Positions 25,381 to 36,358 of a DNA stretch of 64,000 nucleotides are shown here, in pieces. The first letter of the stretch is position 1. Each line of letters begins with the position of its first letter. The notes beneath the pieces were generated by a model. The model made no database searches. It was not told where the DNA came from and saw only the letters and a list, made by a program, of their open reading frames with translations. The DNA is from Hypanus sabinus. Taxonomy: Eukaryota. The position numbers and the translations under genes are program-made. Where the stretch lies: NCBI RefSeq assembly GCF_030144855.1, contig NC_082728.1, forward strand, positions 45,446,001 through 45,510,000. Reading direction: 5' to 3'.

Positions 25381-26987
25381 CAATAGCCCGGAACCAAGGG
25401 AGAACATTTTAGGGAAAAGAAAGGGCCCAGGACCAAATGAAAGCTCTTTGAAACAGTCAGCACAGGCACATTGGGCTGAATGGCCTCTTTGTTTTGGAAG
25501 ATTCAGTGCAATGGAATTTATCCTCACCTGCAAGTACAAGGTGAAGGATAAAGTAGAGGGTTGCTTATCTCCGAAACGGTTTACTGATTTCACTAGAAAT
25601 ATTGTCTAGAACTGAAGGACAACATGCTTCTGTACTTGGCAGTCTGCATGCAGCACAGTTGAAAGGAGAAGAGTGCAGTGAAGCATTAGTTCAAGTGAGG
25701 CAGCAGGAAGAACAGTAAAAAATAACGTACAGGAACAATATAAATATGACTTGGTGTATCTAAAGTAACTGAGGAAACAATGAAAAGAACTGAACAAAAT
25801 TCAAATGAAAGTGAGAGTATATCTGCAGGTGACCACAGATAGTGCAATAACAGGTTATTGCCTGACATATCAATTATTCAAGTGTTCACTCTTGGTTCTA
25901 TTGTAATATTGAAGCCTGAATTTTGAATGGTACATGGGTTTAAGACCGTAAGACCATAAGACGTAGGATCAGAATCAGGCCATTTGGCCCATAGACTCTG
26001 TTCCGTCACTCAGTCATGGCTGATCCTTTTCTTCTCTCCTCAGCCATAAGACATAGGATGGATGGTTCAGAAGGATATAGTCTAGGTGCAGGTAGATGGG
26101 AATAGGCAGAAAATCAGGCCAGCATGGATTAGATGGGCCAAAGGGCTTCTTTCTGTGCTGTAGTACGCTATGACTCTTTAGACCAGGGATGAATTTCTAC
26201 TCAAATCTACACTGGGCTAACACAAAAAGATGGAGGGAGCACTGTGAGGAGGGCAAGAGAATAAAGGAAGGTAAGTCCACTTGTATTAAATGATCATTTA
26301 GACTATGGACATTGAAGACACACTAGAAATTCATCTGCATAGCTGTAAAGCTCCAATATGATCAGCAGGACAAATGAGCAGTTCTATTCAGAACAAAACA
26401 TACACAGGTCCTCCCCCAGTTACAGCAGGGCTCCATTCCTTAATTACTCTTCATAACCCAGACAGTTTGCAAGTCTGAAATGAAACTGTGAACTGAGTTC
26501 CAGATGGCAGAAGATGTCTGCAGCCCAGCAGCCGCCAGCAAATTCATCCCACCAGTCTCCCACAGGCCTGTTGTAGGGACAGGCTGTACTTAAATTGGGT
26601 ATTCATAACCTGAAAAGAACTTGTGCATCATTTATTAACAGCAGAAATAAGTATCAGACTCCCATCAAGGGTTCCTCTTTTATGAAAACAGTTGTCTCTG
26701 CCTTTCCCGAGTTTTACAACACCCCCAAACACGACTCCTTCCCCAAGTTCAGCAACAGCTGTAAGACATGCACAAGGCATTAAACTGGAGCTGAGTATGC
26801 TCACTCAAAATAATGTACAAAATTCCTCATAAATACTAAAAAGCATAATCATCTCTACTTTCATCTCCACTATTTATCAGCTAGTATCTGGAAGAGATTA
26901 TTATTATTATAATACCATCTGTCAGAGCTCATTGTGTGCAGGTTGATTGCTGCATTATATTACGATGGTGACTACATTTCAAAAATA

Positions 26988-27168
26988 ACACACACACACA
27001 AAATGCCCGAGGAACTCAGCAAGTCAGGCAGCATCTGCGGAGGGAAATAACCAGCTGACATTTTGGGCCGAGACCTTTCATCAGGACCATCCATAGCTAT
27101 TGCCCGAGTTCCTCCAGCACAGTGTGTATGTTGCTCAAGACTTCCAGCATCTGCAGAATTGCTTGTGT
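26988..27168 (+). mobile_element. Miniature fold-back PLE remnant inside a DeuSINE-like repeat
   Basis: Left arm with degenerate minus-strand HHR (ctgatga...aaaatgtc), shortened right arm, tail ttccagcatctgcagaa. Confidence 0.75.
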
Positions 27169-28047
27169 ACTTGAGAAACAACAAGAGAACTTGCAGCTAT
27201 TCAGCCTTGTGCCTTTCTGCGGGTATAAAAGGCACTACACGTTTCACACTGTCCCTTTCCCATTTCAACACAATTCAATGACCAAACAGGGCATACTGTA
27301 TAACAGTGCTACACCAGATTCATTAAATCACTTGGACGTTCATCTCTCTCAGAAAAATTATCTATAAATTTACTCAGACATTCTATAAAATTAGATGGCA
27401 AATTCTGAATCAGTGCTTTAATTTGTTGATTCACAAAACCCCACAGAACTACATTTTTCCTGGAGATGTAATTTGATGATGGATTTCCTTGACTTGACAG
27501 GATGACCCATTATTGCATGATGCAAACTGATCTGCACCCACATCACCAAGGTAATAACTTCGACAACTGTGTAAGCACCACCCACCAATTCACGGATGTA
27601 TTCAGCAATTCAGCACTGAGTATGTCAACATTAAGTCTTACAGAATAAATGGTCATAACTCCTATGCCCACTCCAGTCAGTTTCCAACAGAGCTCTTTGG
27701 TGCAGATTGCAGTTCTGTTTTTCGGAGGCGGGGGAAAGGTTAGAGGCAAAGAAACACAACCATGCAATCATTCACATCTTCAGCTCATACCCAAGGTGGG
27801 TATTCATATGAGCTTGGGCAGAGATCTTCAGAGAGTAGCTGAGCTGAAAGCAAAGTAATATTTATTTATCTTAATGAGATATAGCATAGACCCTTCTGGC
27901 CCTTCGAGCTATGCTGCCCAGCAACCCCCGATTTAATACTAGCTTAATCATGGGAAAATTTACACTGACCAATTAACCTACCATCCAACGCACACAAAAT
28001 GCTGGTGGAACACAGCAGGCCAGGCAGCATCTATAGGGAGAAGCATT

Positions 28048-28081
28048 GTCGACGTTTCGGGCCGAGACCCTTTGTCAGGAC
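28048..28081 (-). ncRNA. Hammerhead motif in the inverted PLE arm, core mutated
   Basis: Minus strand gtc-CTGACAA-agggtctcggccc-GAAAC-GTC-gac; CUGANGA reads CUGACAA. Confidence 0.65.
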
Positions 28082-28619
28082 TAACGAAAAGGAAAGATAG
28101 TAAGAGATTTGAAAGTAGTGGGGGAGGGGGAAATGCGAAATGATAGGAGAAGACCGGAGGGGGTGGGGTGAAGCTAAGAGCTGGAAAGGTGATTGGCGAA
28201 AATGATACAGAGCTGGAGAAGGGAAAGGATCATGGGACGGGAGGCCTCGGGAGAAAGGGGGGGGAGCACCAGAGGGAGATGGAGAACAGGAAAACAACTA
28301 AATATGTCAGGGATGGGGTAAGAAGGGGAGGAGGGGCATTAATGGAAGTTAGAGAAGTCAATGTTCATGCCATCAGGTTGGAGGCTACCCAGGCTACCCA
28401 GGTGTTGTTCCTCCAACCTGAGTGTGGCTTCATCTTGACAGTAGAGGAGGCCATGGATAGACATATCAGAATGGGAATGGGACGTGGAATTAAAATGTGT
28501 GGCCACTGGGAGATCCTGCTTTTTCTGGTGGACCGAGCGTAGATGTTCAGCGAAACGGTCTCCCAGTCTGCGTCGGGTCTCACCAATATATAAAAGGCCA
28601 CACCGGGAGCACTGGACGC

Positions 28620-30381
28620 GTACTGACCGCTACCTGGCCGAGGCACATCGACAACTCTCTGAAACCTCCTCTTATTTACCCCTTGATCATGACCCCACTA
28701 AGGAACACCAGGCCATTGTCTCCTATACCATCACCAACCTTATCAGCTCTGGGGATTTCCCATCCACTGCCACCAACCTCATAGTTCCCACACCCCACAC
28801 TTCCCGTTTCTACCTCCTACCCAAGATCCACAAACCTGCCTGTCCAGGTAGACCTATTGTCTCAGCTTGCTCCTGCCCCACCGAACTCATTTCTGCATAC
28901 CTTGACACTGTCTTATCCCCTTTTGTTCAATCTCTTCCCACCTATGTTCGTGACACTTCTCATGCTTTGAATTTTTTCAATGATTTTAAGTTCCCTGGCC
29001 CCCACCATCTTATTTTCACCATGGACGTCCAGTCCCTATATACCTCCATCCCCCACCGAGATGGTCTTGAAGCTCTTCACTTTTTTTTGGATTCCAGACC
29101 TAACCAATTCCCCTCTACCACCATTCTCCTCCATCTAGTGGAATTAGTTCTTACTCTGAATAATTTCTCCTTTGGCTCCTCCCACTTCCTCCAAACCAAG
29201 GATGTAGCCATGGGCACCCGTATGGGTCCCAGTTATGCCTGCCTTTTTGTTGGCTTTGTGGAACAGTCCATGTTCCAAATCTGTACTGGTATCCATCCCC
29301 CTCTTTTCCTTCACTACATCAACGACTGCATTGGGGCTGCCTCTTGCACGCATGCTGAGCTCATCGACTTCATTAACTTTGCCTCCAACTTTCACCCTGC
29401 CCTCAAATTTACCTGGTCCATTTCCGACACCTCCCTCACCTTTCTTGATCTTTCTGACTCCATCTCTGGAGACAGCCTATCTACTGATATCTACTATAAG
29501 CCTACAGACTCTCACAGCAACCTGGACTATTCCTCTTCCCACCCTGTCTCTTGCAAAAAGGCTATCCCCTTCTCACAATTTCTCCATCTCCGCTGCATCT
29601 GCTCTCAGGATGAGGCTTTTCATTCCAGGACAAAGGAGATGTCTTCCTTTTTTAAACAAAGGGGCTTCCCTTCGACCACCATCGACTCTGCTCTCAAATG
29701 CATCTCTCCCATTTCCCGCACATCTGCCCTCACCCCATCCACCCGCCACCCCACTCGGGATAGGGTTCCCCTTGTCCTTACCTACCACCCCACCAGCGTC
29801 CAGGTCCAACGTATAATTCTCCGTAACTTCCGCCACCTCCAACGGGATCCCACTACCAAACACATTTTTCCCTCCCCCCTCTTTCTGCTTTTTGCAGGGA
29901 TTGCTCCCTACGCGACTCCCTTGTCCACTCGTCTCCCCCCATCCCTTCCCACCGATCTCCCTGCTGGCACTTATCCTTGTAAACGGAACAAGTGCTACAC
30001 CTGCCCTTACACTTCCTCGCTCACCACCATTCAGGGCCCCAGACAGTCCTTCCAGGTGAGGCGACAATTCACCTGTGAGTCGGCTGGTGTGGTATACTGC
30101 ATCCGCTGCTCCTGGTGTGGCCTTTTATATATTGGTGAGACCCGACGCAGACTGGGAGACCGTTTCACTGAACACCTACGCTCAGTCCGCCAGAAAAAGC
30201 AGGATCTCCCAGTGGCCACTCATTTTAATTCTATGTACCCTTCCCATTCTGATATGTCTATCCATGGCCTCCTCTATTGTCAAAATTAATCCAAACTCAG
30301 GTTGGAGGAACAACACCTTATATACCGGCTGGGTAGCCTCCAACCTGATGGCATGAACATTGACTTCTCTAACTTCCGTTA
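28620..30381 (+). pseudogene. PLE reverse transcriptase / GIY-YIG endonuclease, inactivated
   Basis: Motifs FYLLPKIHK, GRPIVS, MDVQSLYTSIP, AMGTRMGPSYA. Catalytic YIDD reads YIND. Cys linker CKRNKCYTC, then VVYCIRC..LYIGET. Premature TAA at 30287-30289. Confidence 0.92.
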
Positions 30382-30643
30382 ATGCTCCTCCTCCCCTTCT
30401 TACTCCATCCCTGACATATTTAGTTGTTTGCCTGTTCTCCATCTCCCTCTGGTACTCCCCCCCCTTCTTTCTCCTGAGGCCTCCCGTCCCATGATCCTTT
30501 CCCTTCTCCAGCTCTGTATCACTTTTGCCAATCACCTATCCAGCTCTAAGCTTCATCCCACCCCCTCTGGACTTCTCCTATCATTTCGCATCTCCCCCTC
30601 CCCCCACTACTTTCAAATCTCTTACTATCTTTCCTTTTGATTA

Positions 30644-30677
30644 GTCCTGACGAAGGGTCTCGGCCTGAAACGTCGAC
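30644..30677 (+). ncRNA. Minimal type I hammerhead ribozyme motif, intact core
   Basis: gtc-CTGACGA-agg gtctcgg cct-GAAAC-GTC-gac: stem I gtc/gac, stem II agg/cct, helix III reduced to palindromic ACGT. Predicted cleavage after 30674. Confidence 0.8.
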
Positions 30678-32912
30678 AGTGCTTCTCCCTATAGATGCTG
30701 CCTGGCCTGCTGCGTTCCACCAGCATTGTGTGTGTGTTGTTTGAATTTCCAGCATCTGCAGATTTCCTCGTGGTTGAGCCTACCATCCAGTATGTCTTTG
30801 GATTTTGGGAGGAAACCAAACACCCAAAGGAAACCCACGCAGCCTGGGGGAAAATGGACAAACTCTTTACAGACAACGGCGGAAAATGAATGAACCCTGG
30901 GTCACTGGTACTGTAAAGCATTGTGCTAACCACTATGTTACATCTGGGAGAAAGAAGTGGATGAAAGGAATGATTGGAGGAGGGAACTAAAGGAAAGGTA
31001 AATCATGGGCCATCCAGTGACTCCAACTTGTCATGCCAAACTGGGTCTCCTGATATAACAGAAAAATTATGTTTCCCTTGTTTGTTGAAAAGTATCACTT
31101 TGATTGCAAATTAAATCTTTTCAGTACAGTGCAAGATTAACATCAGTAACTCCCATTTGTCAATATCCTTTCTAACAAAGTTTGGCTATAACACTTTAAA
31201 AATATTAGTAAACATAACTGATAATAAGACCATAAGATACAGGGGCAGAATTAGGCCATTTGGCCCATCAAGTCTGCTCCATCATTTCATCATGGCTGAT
31301 CCATTTTCCCTCTCAGCCCCAATGGTGCAACTAAAAAAAGATGTCCAGGTTCAACCCATGCTGAAAGTATAGGTTTTGAGTGGGTAAAATTAGTCACAGT
31401 TTTTAATTCTGGCTGCTGTCTTAGTGGAAAGTGATCTCATCTAGATATCAGGATGAGGATGTAAGCAGCTTTCCAAATTATACCCCAGTGACAGAGAATC
31501 CTCTTGAATTCATGTGAAGAATGTTTATTCAGTCCAGAGATCAGAAACAGTTGGTAAATCTAAATTTATCAAAGAAAAGAAAACTGGCAAAAATGCTTTA
31601 AAACTATAAAATACACTATGAATATATACCTACTGAACCATCAGTGTTATTTTTCTACATGCTTGTAATAATTAGAGCTGAAACCTTCATCTAAGCCAGA
31701 TGTTGTTCATTTCACTCAAAGATCAGATAAGGAACTTAAAAGTAGCAGACAAGCTGCAACACATTTACAAGAGAAAATGTGAAAATAAACTCAACAGTGA
31801 AGTAGACTGTATTGGAGCTACATTGTTCAGTTCATCACTCCCCTTCAATCACCCACATCAGGGGTTGCCAGCCTTTTCTATGCCATGGACCAATACCATC
31901 AAGCAAAGGGTCCGTGGTTCTCAGGTTGGGAACTCCTGACCTGAACAGATTTGGAAATGCTGATTTGAGTTACTTACTTTGAGGTTAGGGAGGAAACTTT
32001 GGAGTAAACATCTTGGTGGAAAACAACAAAACCGTTTTTAGAAAGACCAATGCACACTATCTCACATCAGTTCTGACATGCATGCTGTATATGAACTTCA
32101 CAAACTCTGACCATTTGACCGCCCTCCTTCTATCTGCATACAGGTAGAAGCTCAAGAGCAAGACTCCAGAGGTAAGAACAAAGAAGTGGTCCAAGGAGAT
32201 GGAGGAGCTGCTATGGGATTGCTTTGAGATGGTAGACTGGGCCATGCCCAAGGACTCTTCAGAGGATTGAAAAGAATATGCTATGCTTGTCATGGACTTT
32301 ATAAAAACAGTGTGTCCCTAGAAAATCATTCAGATTCTTCCTCACCCAGAAGCCCTGCATGAACCAAGAGAGCTGCAATCTGCTGAGGGACAGATCAGTG
32401 GTGTTCAGGTCTGACGACCAAGTAAAATATAGGAGGTGCACATCTGACCTCCAGAAAGCTATCTCACAGGTGAAACGACAGTTCCAAACAAAACTTGAAT
32501 CAGTGAAGGATGCTCGCCAGCTGTGGCAGGGTCTGAATGCTATCACCTCCTACAAAAAGAAACCAAGCGACATAGGTGACAACAAGGCTTCACTCTCAGA
32601 TTAGTTCAATGCCTTTTATACTCGCTTTGACAGTCAAAACTTGCAGGCACCTTCATAAAGCCCCAGTGCCCCGATGACCCTGTGATTTCAATCTCTGTGC
32701 CAAAGTGAGAGCATCCTTAAGAAGGGTGAACTAACGGAAAGCATCCAGCCCAGACGAGGTACCTGGCTGTGTGCTAAATACCTGTAATGATCAACTGGCT
32801 GGAGTGCTCACTGATCTCACTTCAGCAGTCTGAAGTTCCCACTTGCTTCAAATAGGCTTCAATTATAACCGTGCCCAAGAAGAATGTGGTAGCCTGCTTC
32901 CAAGACTATCAA

Positions 32913-33955
32913 AGCATACGCACACAACGCTGGAAGAACTCAGCAGGTCAGGCAGCATCCGTGAGAAAAGAGTAGCCAACGTTTCAGGCCGAGACCCTTC
33001 ATCAGGAATGGGGGGAAGAGAGGGCCGAAGCCCAGTAATAGAGATAGGGGAGGGGGTAGGGCCTAGAGGCGCCAGGTGGAAAACCAATCGGGGAAAGATA
33101 AAGGGGGGAGGGGGAGGGGATAAGCATGAAAGAACTGCAGAGATAAAGAAGCATAAAGTTGAAAGGGGAGAGAGGTAGAGAGGGACCTGGGATAGGGGAA
33201 GGGGGAGGGGGAGGGAATTACCAGAAATTGGAGAATTCAATGTTCATACCACCAGGCTGGAGGCTACCCAGATGGTAGATGAGGCGTTGCTCCTCCAACC
33301 TGAGTTTGGCCTCATCATGGCAGTAGAGGAGGCCATGTATGGACATATCTATATGGGAATGAGAGGCAGAGTTGAAGTGGGTGGCAACCGGGAGGTCCTG
33401 TCTGTTGTGACAGACAGAGCGTAGGTGCTCAACGAAGCAGTCCCCCAATCTGCGTCAGGTCTCGCTGATGTAGAGGAGGCTGCACCGGGAGCACCGGATG
33501 CAATAGATGACTCCAGCAGACTTGCAGGTGAAGTGTTGCCTCACCTGGAAGGTCTGTCTGGGGCCCTGAATGGTGGTGAGGGGGGAGGTGTGGGGACAAG
33601 TGTAGCATTTGCGCTTGTGGGAATAAGTGCCAGGTGGGAGTTTTGTGGGGAGGGACGTTTGGACCAGGTAGTCATGGAGGGAATGATCCAGGTGGAAAGC
33701 AGAGAGGGGTAGGGAGGGAAAGATGTGCTTGGTGGTGGGGTCCTGTTGAAGGTGGTGGAAGTTGTGGAGGATAATGTGTTACATCCGGAGGCTAGTGGTG
33801 TGGTAGGTGAGGACAAGGGGAACCCTGTCCCTGTTGTGGTGACGGGAGGATGGGTTAAGGGCTGAAGTGCAGGAAGTGGAGGAGATGCGGGTGAGGGCAT
33901 CTTTGATGACGCCAGAAGGGAAACTACGATCCTGAAAGAAAGAGGACATTTCATC
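32913..33955 (-). mobile_element. PLE fragment (subfamily B) inserted in a Rex1/Babar LINE
   Basis: Encodes RVPLVLTYH, Cys linker and GIY-YIG C-terminus on the minus strand. 3' region closely matches 8840-9420. Confidence 0.9.
32975..33008 (-). ncRNA. Hammerhead motif (subfamily B), intact core
   Basis: Minus strand ttc-CTGATGA-agg gtctcgg cct-GAAAC-GTT-ggc. Confidence 0.7.
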
Positions 33956-35095
33956 CAGTATCATTCAGTAGCAGTTACATCCACTGTGATGAAGTGCTTT
34001 GAGAGGATGGTGATGAAACATTTCAACTCCTGCCTGAGAAGAAACTTAAATCCACTCCAACTTGACTACCGTAACAACAGGACAACAGCAGATATTATTT
34101 CATTGCCTCTTCACTCAATCCTAGAACATCTGGACAGTGAAGATGAATACATCTGGATGCTCTTCATTGACTATAGCTTGGCATTCAATACTGTCATCCC
34201 CTCAAAACTAGTCAATATGCTCTAACTCCTAGGCCTCAGTACTTCCTTGTGCAACTGGATCCTCAATTTCCTCACTTGCAGACCCCAATCTGTTCATATC
34301 GTCAACAACATCTCCTCAGCAATCCCCATCTGCATAGGTGCACCACAAAGCTGTGCGCTCAGCTCCCTGCTCAACTCCCTTTCTATTTTATGACAAGGAT
34401 AAGTACAGTTCCAATGCCATACTGTATTTAAGTTTGTTGGTGACACCACTGTCATTGGGCAAATCTAAGATGGTGACTAATCAGCATATAGGAGAGAGAT
34501 TGAAAATCTGGCTGATGCTGTCCCAACAACCTCTCACTCAATATAAGCAAGACCAAGGATCTGATTATTGACTACAGGAGGAAAAACTGGGAGGTTCCAA
34601 TGCCAGTCCACATTGGTGCAGCAACTTCCAATCCCTCCGTGATAACGTTACAGAGCATCTGTCCTGTGTCGGCAGTACCTCTACTTTCTTAGAAGTTTGT
34701 AAAGATTCCATATGTCATCTAAAACTGACAAATTTCTATAGTGTGCCATGGAGAAGATATTGACTAGTTGCATCATGGCCTGGTATGGAAACACCTTTAC
34801 GGAAAAGTCTACAAACAGTAATCAATAAAGCCCAGTCCATCGTGGGTAAAGCCCTCACTCCGTGCCTTCAAGCATATCTACATGGAGTGCTGTTTCAGGA
34901 AAGCAGCTTCCATCATCAAGGACTCCAGGCAATGCTCTCTTGTCACTACTACCATCAGGACCCACACAATCAGGTTCAGGAACCCCTCAAACATCAGCCT
35001 TTTGAACCAGAGGGGCAACTTCACTCATCCCAACACTGAATTGTCTCTACAACCTATGGACTCACTTTGAACTCTTCATCGAATGCTCACAATAT

Positions 35096-36023
35096 CACTG
35101 GAAAACAAATTCTTTTTAGAAGTGTTGCTTCCTCAGAATTCTTTTTTGTTTATAATATACTGCTTGAAGATGAACACAAGTATAATTTCAGAATACTTGT
35201 ATCACGTAGGAATTTGGAGAAACAACAAATTAACTTTTATTGAATATAATGTGTTTAATTGCATAATTGTGCTGATGCTTTACAATAGTCCAATGAAGTT
35301 TAAAAAAATATTTTGTTAATGATTTTCATTCGTACTCAGTGTCTGAGTCTTCTCTGCAGTCTGAGACTGCAATGCCCTGGTGAAACCTTTCACCATGTTC
35401 GTCACTAACAGCATCAAGATTTGCAGGGAATAAGTCTAAATGGGAATGCAGAAAATGAATCTTTAGTGACATGTTGCATTTCATGGTTTTATATGCTTGA
35501 AGCATGCTTTCAACCAGCTGCATGTAGTTTGGTGCTCTGTAGATGCCGAGAAAAATTTCAACAACTTCCTTCAATGCCTTCCACGTGATTTTCTCCGGTC
35601 CCACTAGAAATTCTTCAAATTGCCTGTCATTGATGACCTGTTCGATTGGTGGACCAACAAAAATGCTTTCCTTAATCTTGGCATCAGTTATTCTGGGAAG
35701 CATTTGTCTCAAATATCAAAATCCTTCACAGAAATACTTGTGCTTGGTGATAACGAATACCATCCTTACAGTCCTGAACCTAATAATTATTACTAAAACC
35801 TGTCCTGCCATGAAGCAGCCGTGCTGCCTAAGCATGCCTGGAAAAGATAGGAATCTTTCCAGCTTGCATCGTAGGCGACATTTTAATTGACTTGAATTAT
35901 GAATTGAAATAATAAACATAAGTTTATTAAAAATGGTGTATGATAGGGAAGTTTCATGATCAGTAGCACAAAAGTCATAAGATACACATAAAGGTATTCA
36001 GGAAGCAAAATCTTTGTTGAGTG
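35096..36023 (-). mobile_element. Internally deleted Chapaev3-like DNA transposon
   Basis: ORF 35326-35712 has KIKESIFVGP...CNMSLKIHFLHSHLD.FP.NL.AVSDEHGERFHQ. CAC...GTG termini with imperfect TIRs. Interrupts a Rex1-like 3' UTR. Confidence 0.8.
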
Positions 36024-36358
36024 ATATTAATTGTTTATTTTTTAAAATTATTATTACTATTATTATATTTTTTCTCTTATTATTTACTGTGGATGCCAGC
36101 AAGAAACTGAATCTCAGGGTTGTATATGGTGATATACTGCACACGTTCTTTAATAATATATTTAGTATGAACTTTGAACTTTGATAGCCAGACAGATTCT
36201 TAAAATATATTTACCTTTAACATATTTTTTCTTAATAGTTATACGGGAGTGGAAGTTTCTCCATTTGGCTGTTCCGATCAACTCTTTGTCCAGCACAACG
36301 TCCATTCTAACATTATCACTGACTTTCTAAATCCCTACTTTGATCTTACCTCTCCCCG

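Larger units (their letters stand above)
27988..30776 (+). mobile_element. Penelope-like retroelement (Neptune-type, subfamily A), 5'-truncated with an inverted copy of its 3' end
   Basis: RT plus GIY-YIG on + (about 28620-30380). 27988-28620 is the reverse complement of the 3' region. A ~35-nt tail is present only at the right end. TSD a(a/g)cctaccatcca at 27975-27987 and 30777-30789. Splits a SINE. Confidence 0.95.
27858..30942 (-). mobile_element. HE1/V-SINE-like element split by the 2.8-kb PLE (parts 27858-27987 and 30777-30942)
   Basis: tttatttat tail, gaccaattaacctacc|gtatgtctttgg, head aagcattgtgctaaccactatg. Confidence 0.85.
32075..36185 (+). mobile_element. Rex1/Babar-like LINE, decayed, split by a PLE and a Chapaev3-like element
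   Basis: RT relics VMKCFERMV, MLFIDYSLAFNTVIPSKL. 3' UTR gaatctcagggttgta...tgaactttgaactttga at 36110-36185. Confidence 0.85.

Noticed and set aside
29235-30067. Overlapping alternative-frame ORFs (193 aa on +, 164 aa on -)
   Set aside because: Shadow frames of the C-rich PLE coding strand.
28484-30289. 601-aa ORF as an intact, active PLE protein or novel fusion
   Set aside because: Its first ~45 codons are the antisense of the inverted arm read across the junction by chance. The RT lacks its N-terminus, has YIND for YIDD, and stops early.
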